DNA of 51,875 nucleotides, taken from an uncultured Halanaerobiales bacterium (GTDB lineage: Bacteria; Bacillota; Halanaerobiia; Halanaerobiales; M55B127). Under the pieces are notes generated by a model. The model ran no database searches. It was not told the DNA's origin and saw only the letters and a program-made list of their open reading frames with translations. The position numbers and the translations under genes were made by a program. The stretch lies in NCBI GenBank assembly GCA_964642575.1, contig CAZXRH010000001.1, forward strand, positions 1 through 51,875. The letters run 5' to 3'. This document shows, piece by piece, positions 37,491 to 44,701 of this stretch (position 1 is the stretch's first letter; each line of letters begins with the position of its first letter).

Positions 37491-38345
37491 TTGAATGCCT
37501 TTTTAAATTTTTTCAAAAAAGAACCACTTGCCTTTTTGGCCTTAATAGTGGTTGTATTATATATACTTATTGCAATTTTTGCTCCTTTTATTGCTACCCA
37601 TGATCCCTTTGAAGTTAAAACCAGTATGGAAGTTGAGGGTGAAAAAGTTTATGCTCCCTATGCTCCCGGTGCCCGACATTGGTTTGGAACAGACCAGTTA
37701 GGGAGAGACCTTTTCAGTCGAATTGTTTATGGGATCCGGATTTCTATTTTTGTAGGTATTGTAGCCCGGGGTTTAAGTATGGTTGTGGGTGTACTGATTG
37801 GCTTATTTGCAGGTTTTTATGGAGGGGCACTTGATAATATTGTCATGCGGATAACAGATGTTTTTATTTCAATTCCAGCCATCTTATTGGCCATGATTGT
37901 TACTTTAATCTTAAGTCCCAGCTTAACTTCTGTTATAATAGCAATTGTAGTAGTAGGTTGGCCGAAAGTGGCTAGATTGGTCCGTGGTCAGGTCATGAGC
38001 ATTACTACCAATGATTATATAGAAGCCACAGAGGCTTTAGGGGCGAACAATTTAAGAATTATTTTTAAACATGTTTTGCCAAACTGTATTGGAATTATCA
38101 TAGTATCTTTCTCAATGGGGATTCCGGGTGCAGTTATGTATGAAGCCGGACTTTCTTTCTTTGGTCTTGGTATTCAACCTCCTAATCCTAGTTTAGGTTC
38201 AATTATCTCAAATGGGCGAGGTTACTTAATGTTTGCCCCCTGGTATAGTATTATACCTGGAATTGCTTTAGCCTTATTTGTACTTTCAGTCAATGTCTTA
38301 GGAGATACTTTAATAGATTATTATGATCCAACCTATAATAGATAA
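37491..38345 (+). CDS. ABC transporter permease (DppC/OppC-like)
   Basis: Motifs WFGTDQLGRDLFSRIVYGIR and EAGLSFFGLGIQPP. TTG follows GGAGGA. Confidence 0.85.
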   Translation: MNAFLNFFKKEPLAFLALIVVVLYILIAIFAPFIATHDPFEVKTSMEVEGEKVYAPYAPGARHWFGTDQLGRDLFSRIVYGIRISIFVGIVARGLSMVVGVLIGLFAGFYGGALDNIVMRITDVFISIPAILLAMIVTLILSPSLTSVIIAIVVVGWPKVARLVRGQVMSITTNDYIEATEALGANNLRIIFKHVLPNCIGIIIVSFSMGIPGAVMYEAGLSFFGLGIQPPNPSLGSIISNGRGYLMFAPWYSIIPGIALALFVLSVNVLGDTLIDYYDPTYNR

Positions 38346-38363
38346 AATATTGAGGTGATTTTT

Positions 38364-39173
38364 ATGAAATTAGGAGTTTCTACAAGTGTATATTTACATA
38401 ACAACTTATTTAAAGCAGTAGAAAAGATTAATGATTTGAATTTTAAATATATTGAATTATGGGGTGAACCACCTCATTTATGGTTTGATAAACCCGATTT
38501 TCAATATTTGAAGAAATTAAAAAAATACTTAAATGAAAATGATTTAATACCTACTTATCATGGGCCTGCCCATGATATTGATATTACAAGTGTCAATCCG
38601 GGTATTAGACAAGAGTCTTTAAAGCAAAGTAAAGATGCAATACAAATGGCTCAATTTTTAGGTTCAGAGATTATTGTAATTCATATGGGGAGTTATTACC
38701 CTGGTGATAAAAAAGGAACAGAAAATGGTAAAGATAGATTATATAAATCTTTGGAATATCTTCTTCCATATGCTGAAGAAAATAAAGTAACTATTGCTCT
38801 GGAGAATTATCCAGTGGGAGAAAATGCTATCTTTAAAACGCCAGAAGATGTATTGAATATTCTTAGAGATTTTGATTCTGAATATTTAAAGTTAACTTTA
38901 GATATAGGTCATGCAAATTTAACAAATATTTCTCCGATAGAGTATATTAAAATTTTAAAAGATGAAATTGTCCATCTTCATCTTAATGATAATTTTGGGA
39001 AAGAAGATAAGCATTTGGTACCTGGTGAAGGTGAAATAAATTATCCGGCCATATTTAATCAGTTAAAAAAGATTAATTTTGACCAAGTAGGCATCTTTGA
39101 AATTTGGGCACCTGATGAGACTGATCAGGCCCTTATAAACAGTAAAAACTATATTAAATCACTTTTAAGCTAG
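38364..39173 (+). CDS. sugar-phosphate isomerase/epimerase-like TIM-barrel protein (xylose isomerase-like / AP endonuclease 2 fold)
   Basis: MKLGVSTSVY start, then IALENYP, TLDIGHANL and HLHLNDN, the typical metal-ligand pattern. ATG 38364 lies 8 nt after GAGG. Confidence 0.75.
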   Translation: MKLGVSTSVYLHNNLFKAVEKINDLNFKYIELWGEPPHLWFDKPDFQYLKKLKKYLNENDLIPTYHGPAHDIDITSVNPGIRQESLKQSKDAIQMAQFLGSEIIVIHMGSYYPGDKKGTENGKDRLYKSLEYLLPYAEENKVTIALENYPVGENAIFKTPEDVLNILRDFDSEYLKLTLDIGHANLTNISPIEYIKILKDEIVHLHLNDNFGKEDKHLVPGEGEINYPAIFNQLKKINFDQVGIFEIWAPDETDQALINSKNYIKSLLS

Positions 39174-39190
39174 GAGAGGTTGATTAAATA

Positions 39191-39784
39191 ATGGAAAGGA
39201 TAATAGGGATAGATATTGATGGGGTCATAACAGATGAAACAGGCAGATACCAGCGAAATATCTGGCATCATTATTTATGTGAATATTTAGGAAAAGAAGT
39301 TAGTAAACAAGAAGATATCTATAATATATACCATGCTTATGATATTGATAAAAGTGTTATTGATAAATTTTTAAAAAATAATTTAACAAATATATATGAA
39401 GATTTAATTCCTTTAGAGGGTGTACAGGAAGTTTTAAGAGAACTAAAAAAGAAAAGTTTTAAGATTATTTTGATTACAGCTCGTGAAGAAAAATATAGGG
39501 AAGTTACTAAAAGATGGCTTTCTTATTACAATATAAGCTATGATAAATTAGTTCATCGCGAAGATAAAGTACCTTATGCTAAAAAAGAAGGAATAAAATT
39601 ATTTATAGAAGACGATCAAAGCAATGCAGAGGAATTTAAGAGAAATGGTATAGATGTAATTTTATTTGATAAAAAACATAATAGGGATACTGATATAATA
39701 AATGATGCATTTCGTGTAGAAAATTGGAAACAGGCAAAAGATATTATTTATAAACATTTTGACCTTAAAAAGAAATGTGGGTGA
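39191..39784 (+). CDS. HAD-superfamily hydrolase, 5'(3')-deoxyribonucleotidase-like
   Basis: Motifs IGIDIDGVITD (DxDG), ILITAR and LFIEDD. 197 aa. Confidence 0.65.
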   Translation: MERIIGIDIDGVITDETGRYQRNIWHHYLCEYLGKEVSKQEDIYNIYHAYDIDKSVIDKFLKNNLTNIYEDLIPLEGVQEVLRELKKKSFKIILITAREEKYREVTKRWLSYYNISYDKLVHREDKVPYAKKEGIKLFIEDDQSNAEEFKRNGIDVILFDKKHNRDTDIINDAFRVENWKQAKDIIYKHFDLKKKCG

Positions 39785-39788
39785 TTAT

Positions 39789-41159
39789 ATGGATAAGTAT
39801 AAAGGAGATTTTGATGAGCTAATAGATAAATGGGAACTAAAAGAAGAAAATTTGTGGATAGATTATCAGGTTTTAGGCCCGATGTTTGCTTCTTTAAGAA
39901 TGTTTCTAAGTATGGAAAATGTACTGCCAGTTATCGTAGGTTCTAAAGGCTGTTTAAATCACCTGCGCTTTACAATCATAGCCTGGGGGGAAGAAGACTT
40001 TCATCTGGGTAAAAAGCCGGTTACACTGCTTGAATATGACCAACAGGATATAGTTACAGGAGACTACAGTATAACTGATACCTGGTATCAGAATATGAAA
40101 AAGTTAGCAAAACAAGAAAATACAGAAATGATTGTTCTTTTACCCACAGATCCTATAAATATTTCTGGGGTAAATTTAGACCCGATTGCTGATGATATCG
40201 AACAAGAAATTGGTATTAACACAACCTATATACCCACCTCAGCTATATCAGGCGCTAATCAGTTTGAAGGTTATCAGGCGGCCCTTGAAGCATTATACAA
40301 ACCATTTTTAGAACAAGAATATGAGAAAAAAGATACAGTAAATTTAGTGGGTTGGATGTGGCCGTCACGTAAAAGAGAACACGAGATCGGAGCCTGTATT
40401 GAGATGCTTAAACAGATTGATATTGAAGTACAATCTGTTATCACTGGTGGTAGTTCAGTTAAAGATATTGAAGATAGTATGCAAGCAAAAGCTAATGCAA
40501 TGGTTTGTTCTGCAGTGGCTGGAGACTTGTTTTATAAATTAGAAGATAAAGGAATAAAACTGGCTGCAAAAAGATCACCATATGGTAATGAAGGAACTTT
40601 TGAATGGCTAAGCCATATTGCAAAAGCTTTAGGTAAAGATAAAACAGAAAAAATACGTAGATTGGAGAATCTATATAAGGATGATTTTGAAGAAATCAAA
40701 GAAACCTTAAAAGGGAAAAAAGTATTTGTAAGTGGTGGTCCAGGCCGGTTAATTGGACTACTTCATACTCTAAGTGATTATGAAGTTGACATACAATCAG
40801 CTGCCTTATTTTGGCCCCACCCTTGGTCACAGGAAGATTTACAGCATATGAAAGACAAGCACGGTATAAACATTAAAAATATAATAGTCTCACCTGGTTT
40901 AGATGATTTAGAAGAAGTTGCACAAAATCATGAGATTGATTTATGGTTAGGTGGATACCAGGAACAGCATGTGGCCAAAAAGTATGAGATACCTTTTGTA
41001 CCAATTACAGTCTATACTTCACCTCATGTTGGTTTTGAGGGAGTAGTTAATCTAGGTAATAAATTGAAACTGGCTTTAGAAGGTTATGACTTTACCGAAA
41101 ATATATTGAAAGCAAAGGAGATACAGCCATGTATTTATCGTCTAAACGAGAAAGAATAG
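39789..41159 (+). CDS. nitrogenase component-1-type oxidoreductase, alpha (NifD/NifE)-like subunit
   Basis: By-eye family pattern: PVIVGSKGCLNH (compare HGPxGC), KANAMVCSAVAGDLF and SPHVGFEGVVNLGNKL. ATG 39789 follows GGGTGA. ORF-track ATG 39759 would overlap the HAD gene. Confidence 0.7.
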   Translation: MDKYKGDFDELIDKWELKEENLWIDYQVLGPMFASLRMFLSMENVLPVIVGSKGCLNHLRFTIIAWGEEDFHLGKKPVTLLEYDQQDIVTGDYSITDTWYQNMKKLAKQENTEMIVLLPTDPINISGVNLDPIADDIEQEIGINTTYIPTSAISGANQFEGYQAALEALYKPFLEQEYEKKDTVNLVGWMWPSRKREHEIGACIEMLKQIDIEVQSVITGGSSVKDIEDSMQAKANAMVCSAVAGDLFYKLEDKGIKLAAKRSPYGNEGTFEWLSHIAKALGKDKTEKIRRLENLYKDDFEEIKETLKGKKVFVSGGPGRLIGLLHTLSDYEVDIQSAALFWPHPWSQEDLQHMKDKHGINIKNIIVSPGLDDLEEVAQNHEIDLWLGGYQEQHVAKKYEIPFVPITVYTSPHVGFEGVVNLGNKLKLALEGYDFTENILKAKEIQPCIYRLNEKE

Positions 41160-42313
41160 AACCATTAAAAGGTTGTTCAATGGTGGGCATTATTGAAGGA
41201 TTAATGGGCATAGAAGACGCAAGACCTGTAGTTCATGGTCCAATGAGCTGTTCTTCTGGTCACCGAATGGTGTATTTATTTGCAGATAAAGAGCCCATTT
41301 TACCAACAACAGCTTTAACAGAAGAGGAACTGGTTTTGGGTTCACAAGAAAAACTTAAAGCTGCTTTAAAAAAAGCCTATGATCTTTATGAACCAAAATA
41401 TATTAGTATAATCATAACCTGTGCGATTAGTTTATCAGGGGAAGAATATAATAATATAATAAAAGAATTTGAAAGAGAACATGATTGTAAAGTATCTGTT
41501 TTAGATGGCAGTGGATTATACGGTGAAGAAGTTGATGGTTTTAACCAATTATACGAAGATTTTTGGGAAAGATTTAGTATTTCAAATAATCATTCACAGC
41601 TTGTTAGTTTGGATGGGATGGCCCTAAGTGATGTAAATGCAAAAGGAAATTATAATGTAATCATAAATTTATTACAAAAGTATTTCAAAGTAGAAATAGG
41701 TCCTTCAATATTTTTAGATTTTAATATAAAAGAAGACCTTGACATTTATAAAAAGTCTGAAAAAATAAAAATCGGACACCTTTGGAATAATTATGAAATT
41801 GAGGATAATAGACCAGCCCCTTATGGAATAGAGGGTACCTATCAATGGTTAAAATGGTTTAAAAATAGATTTGATAAAAGAACAAGTGAAAACCTAAAAG
41901 ATGATTATGAAAATTATAAGGAACAGCTTAATAAGCTATTAGATGAAAATGATTTAAAAGATTTAAAAATAGTAATCGAAGGCGATTCCTGGACTGCGCT
42001 GGGATTGGCTAACTTCTTAAAATATGAGATAGGCTGTAAGGTAATGTTGAGCACTGATAATTATGGATTTAAATATAATAAAGAAAATATACAACTAGAA
42101 GATATTTATGATGATATGGGTGGTTATGAACTCTTTACTAAAGCAAAAGAATTCAAACCAGATATTGTATTTGGTTCATCATATATTCGATGTAAAAAAC
42201 AGTGGGATATCATTCCTTTTACTCAACCTATCTACCATTTATATGATAATGATATTGATTTAATGGGATATGAAGGAGCTTTTAATTTAGTAGACATTTT
42301 GTCTGAGATCTAA
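41129..42313 (+). CDS. nitrogenase component-1-type oxidoreductase, beta (NifK/NifN)-like subunit
   Basis: EPLKGCSMVG, VVHGPMSCSSGH and SIIITCAISLSGEE reproduce the three-Cys motif order of NifK/NifN. AAGGAG lies 8 nt upstream. It overlaps the D-like gene by 31 nt. Confidence 0.7.
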   Translation: MYLSSKRERIEPLKGCSMVGIIEGLMGIEDARPVVHGPMSCSSGHRMVYLFADKEPILPTTALTEEELVLGSQEKLKAALKKAYDLYEPKYISIIITCAISLSGEEYNNIIKEFEREHDCKVSVLDGSGLYGEEVDGFNQLYEDFWERFSISNNHSQLVSLDGMALSDVNAKGNYNVIINLLQKYFKVEIGPSIFLDFNIKEDLDIYKKSEKIKIGHLWNNYEIEDNRPAPYGIEGTYQWLKWFKNRFDKRTSENLKDDYENYKEQLNKLLDENDLKDLKIVIEGDSWTALGLANFLKYEIGCKVMLSTDNYGFKYNKENIQLEDIYDDMGGYELFTKAKEFKPDIVFGSSYIRCKKQWDIIPFTQPIYHLYDNDIDLMGYEGAFNLVDILSEI

Positions 42314-42356
42314 ATAATATATTAACAGAACTTAAAAGCACTATTGGAGGAATACT

Positions 42357-43169
42357 ATGAAAAAGATAGCGATGTATGGAAAAGGTGGAATAGGTAAATC
42401 AACTATAGCTGTAAATCTTGCCTTAACCTTTGCCAAAAAAGATTATAATATTGGTTTAATTGGTTGTGATCCCAAAGGAGATACCTGTAGGTTATTAGCT
42501 CCCCAAAGATTACCAACTATTTTAGATAATTATAGTGAAATCAAAAAGGATATTAATAATATCAAAGATCTAATATATGTTTATGAAGAAAGTATCTCAT
42601 GTATAGAAGTGGGTGGACCTAAACCCGGGGTAGGTTGTGCTGGTAAAGGGATTGTCTTAGGTCTTGATCTATTAGAAGAGTATGATTTCTATCAGGATAA
42701 AGATATTATCATTTACGATGTTTTAGGTGATGTAGTTTGTGGAGGTTTTGCCTCTCCAGTTTCAAAAGGTTATGCCGAAGAAGTGTATATAGTTACTTCC
42801 GGAGAACAGGCTTCCCTCTTTGCAGCAAATAATATTATCAAAGGCATGAGTCAAATTGGTGGTAATATTCAAGGATTGATCTATAACAGTAAAAACATTG
42901 ATAAAGAATTAGAGATAGTCAACGAATTTTCTAAAAGAATTCAAATACCTATTATTGGAAAAATAAAACATTCAAAAAGAATTCCTTTATTGGAGTTACA
43001 AAAAAAAGCAGTTGTGGATGTATATTCAGATGGGAAAGAAGCCAAGCAGTTTGCAGAACTAGCAGACCATATTATAAACAAAGATATTGATGTACAGACT
43101 GATAATATTGAAGATGAAGAAGTTCATGAAATAATAAAACAAATAAAGGGTGATAAATATGTCTATTAA
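42357..43169 (+). CDS. NifH/BchL/CfbC-family ATP-dependent reductase (Fe-protein-like)
   Basis: P-loop [10 protein letters not shown] and switch [25 protein letters not shown] and [14 protein letters not shown] carry the two [4Fe-4S] ligand Cys motifs. GGAGG RBS. Confidence 0.88.
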   Translation: MKKIAMYGKGGIGKSTIAVNLALTFAKKDYNIGLIGCDPKGDTCRLLAPQRLPTILDNYSEIKKDINNIKDLIYVYEESISCIEVGGPKPGVGCAGKGIVLGLDLLEEYDFYQDKDIIIYDVLGDVVCGGFASPVSKGYAEEVYIVTSGEQASLFAANNIIKGMSQIGGNIQGLIYNSKNIDKELEIVNEFSKRIQIPIIGKIKHSKRIPLLELQKKAVVDVYSDGKEAKQFAELADHIINKDIDVQTDNIEDEEVHEIIKQIKGDKYVY

Positions 43170-43989
43170 TCATCCCTGTTATACAGGTGGCTGTTATCAG
43201 AATATTGTTCGCATCCATTTACCGGTTGCAGATGTCTGTAACTTAGGTTGTGGTTTTTGTGAAAGATCAATTGAAAACAAAGATGGTATCAAATCAAGTA
43301 ACAATGCAGTCTCCCCCCAGACTGCATTATCTTGGCTAAAAAAACTCATTGAGGAAGATAAAGAGGATATAAAGGTTGTGGGTATTGCTGGACCTGGTGA
43401 ACCATTATTTAGTGAAAACACTTTTGAAACTTTGAAATTAGTTAAAGAAGCATATCCAGAAATTTCAACCTGTCTCTGTACCAATGGTGTAAACCTTGAT
43501 AAGGCTGTAGATAGAATTACTGGCCTGTTAGATTATCTGACAGTAACCATTAATGCCTATACTCCAGAAACAGCCAAAAAAATATATAAGTTTGTTGTTT
43601 TCAATGGTGAATATGAATATGGGCTAGACTCTTTTCAAAAGATGCTTGACAAGAAATGGGAAGGAGTCAAAAAGGCTCTAGCTTCTAATAGCTTTAATGC
43701 TCTAAAAATAAACAGCATTTTTATTCCTGATGTTAATGATGAAGAAATTGTGGATATAGCAAAAAAAGCAGGTGAGCTCGGTATTGATGAATTAAACATC
43801 AAAACTTTGATTCCTAAAGCATACTTTAAAGACCATAAAAAATTCAAAAAAGAGAATCTTAAAAAAGTAAGGGAAGAAGCAGGTAAATATATTACGGTAT
43901 TTAAAGAATGCAAAAACTGCAGCTATGATGCAGTAGGAGTACCTGGTAAAGATAGAAGATTAAATTTAATGTTTAAAGATGAAATATAA
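43159..43989 (+). CDS. NifB-like radical-SAM protein (core domain only)
   Basis: [25 protein letters not shown] (CX3CX2C), [14 protein letters not shown] and [12 protein letters not shown] follow the NifB core pattern. No NifX-like extension. ATG 43159 follows AAGGGTGA and overlaps the nifH-like stop. The ORF-track start is GTG 43150. Confidence 0.75.
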   Translation: MSINHPCYTGGCYQNIVRIHLPVADVCNLGCGFCERSIENKDGIKSSNNAVSPQTALSWLKKLIEEDKEDIKVVGIAGPGEPLFSENTFETLKLVKEAYPEISTCLCTNGVNLDKAVDRITGLLDYLTVTINAYTPETAKKIYKFVVFNGEYEYGLDSFQKMLDKKWEGVKKALASNSFNALKINSIFIPDVNDEEIVDIAKKAGELGIDELNIKTLIPKAYFKDHKKFKKENLKKVREEAGKYITVFKECKNCSYDAVGVPGKDRRLNLMFKDEI

Positions 43990-44006
43990 GATATTGTTAA
44001 ATATAT

Positions 44007-44035
44007 TTAGCCCCTTTGTAAAAAAAAGGGGCTAA
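44007..44035. terminator. hairpin between the convergent NifB-like gene and small ORF-2 (probable bidirectional terminator)
   Basis: TTAGCCCCTTT / AAAGGGGCTAA stem with an A-rich loop. The U-tail is poor on both strands. Confidence 0.5.
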
Positions 44036-44062
44036 AAATGTATTAATATCCAATTTTAATTA

Positions 44063-44209
44063 TTAATCTCTCATAAAAAAGTTCAATTTATAAAAAATGT
44101 TATTCGATTTACAATTTTGTCTTGATTGTTTGTTTTGATTTCTTTTTCCACAGCGGTTATAAGAATCAGCATTTGTCATATAAGGATAGATTGTATTTCT
44201 TTTTTTCAT
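44063..44209 (-). CDS. small ORF-2, 48 aa, Cys-containing basic protein of unknown function (paralog of 33652..33798)
   Basis: Below the ORF-track cutoff. The minus strand reads AGGAGTGG-tcatt-ATG. Translation: MKKRNTIYPYMTNADSYNRCGKRNQNKQSRQNCKSNNIFYKLNFFMRD. It shares MK.R....P[FY]MT.A[ED].Y and a [DN]FF[IM]R tail with small ORF-1. Confidence 0.6.
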   Translation of the reverse strand: MKKRNTIYPYMTNADSYNRCGKRNQNKQSRQNCKSNNIFYKLNFFMRD

Positions 44210-44259
44210 AATGACCACTCCTGTAATTAAGTAGTTTATATCTATTGTGTTATATTTAC

Positions 44260-44296
44260 ATTATACTATACTTGATAAAATTACTCAAGTATAGTA
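44260..44296 (-). promoter_or_regulatory. sigma-A promoter of small ORF-2 embedded in a perfect 12-bp inverted repeat (operator)
   Basis: Minus strand reads TTGAGT (44288-44283), 17 nt, TATAAT (44265-44260). The inverted repeat TACTATACTTGA (44264-75) / TCAAGTATAGTA (44285-96) covers both the -35 and -10 elements. Confidence 0.6.
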
Positions 44297-44508
44297 ACTG
44301 TTTTACTATTATAATATTAATGACTAAAAGTAGTTGAATATATTTTTTAAAAATATCTAAAATTTATTTATTTATCACATATTTATTACATAATTGGTTG
44401 TTAAAATGTAAATGTAACATGAAAGAAGTCTCAAAAAAAGTTAATTATTCTCCCCGAAGAAAATGCCAATACCAATACAAATGAAGAACCATCTATTTTC
44501 TACTCCTT

Positions 44509-44537
44509 AGCCCCGAGCGATCGGGGCTTTATGTTTC
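44509..44537 (+). terminator. orphan GC-rich hairpin with a GNRA tetraloop (terminator-like)
   Basis: AGCCCCGA-GCGA-TCGGGGCT followed by TTATGTTTC. There is no annotated + strand gene immediately upstream. Confidence 0.45.
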
Positions 44538-44701
44538 TAATTAGTCTTTTCTAACACCTAAAAAAAGATTCAGACTTATCAATTTAACTCTCTATATTTT
44601 TTTGAATAAAGATTGAGTAAATTACTCAAATTAATAGCAGGTAAATGAATAATTTTATAGAAGTTATTAAAGTACAAAAGGATTAAGAAAGGAGTGTTAT
44701 C

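Noticed and set aside
39191-39784. The HAD protein as the missing sucrose-phosphate phosphatase for the sps operon
   Set aside because: Its motif pattern and size resemble 5'(3')-deoxyribonucleotidase-type HADs rather than SPP. It is embedded in the nfl-like operon, 8 kb away and on the opposite strand.
39789-43989. Could this be a bona fide nitrogen-fixing nitrogenase (nifHDK + nifB)?
   Set aside because: The D-like and K-like proteins are much shorter than NifD/NifK. By eye, the D-like subunit lacks two of the three P-cluster Cys. The gene order is D-K-H-B. No nifE/N/V/X or P-II genes are nearby. I treat it as nitrogenase-like rather than nitrogenase, and a phylogeny is needed to be sure.
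33652-44209. Small ORFs as RiPP precursor peptides for the radical-SAM enzyme
   Set aside because: The radical-SAM protein carries NifB-type hallmarks (HPCY..., CX3CX2C, C-terminal C..C..DAVG) rather than SPASM/RiPP-maturase features. The small ORFs are on the opposite strand with their own promoters, and they lack a Cys-rich or Gly-rich core. The idea is not fully excluded.
44419-44508. Micro-ORFs near the orphan hairpin: a + strand 21-aa ORF (MKEVSKKVNYSPRRKCQYQYK) and a minus-strand 15-aa ORF (MVLHLYWYWHFLRGE) after AAGGAG
   Set aside because: They are too short to support from sequence alone. The + ORF has no SD, and the minus ORF has an SD but no paralog or context. I kept them only as part of the possible sRNA/leader observation.
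44613-44629. 17-bp palindrome TTGAGTAA-A-TTACTCAA upstream of the DUF427 gene, sharing an 11-nt string (AAATTACTCAA) with the small ORF-2 operator region (44278-44288)
   Set aside because: It could be a related operator, but an 11-nt AT-rich match within 350 bp may be chance. It does not contain the GTATAG core, and I could not place a convincing promoter around it.
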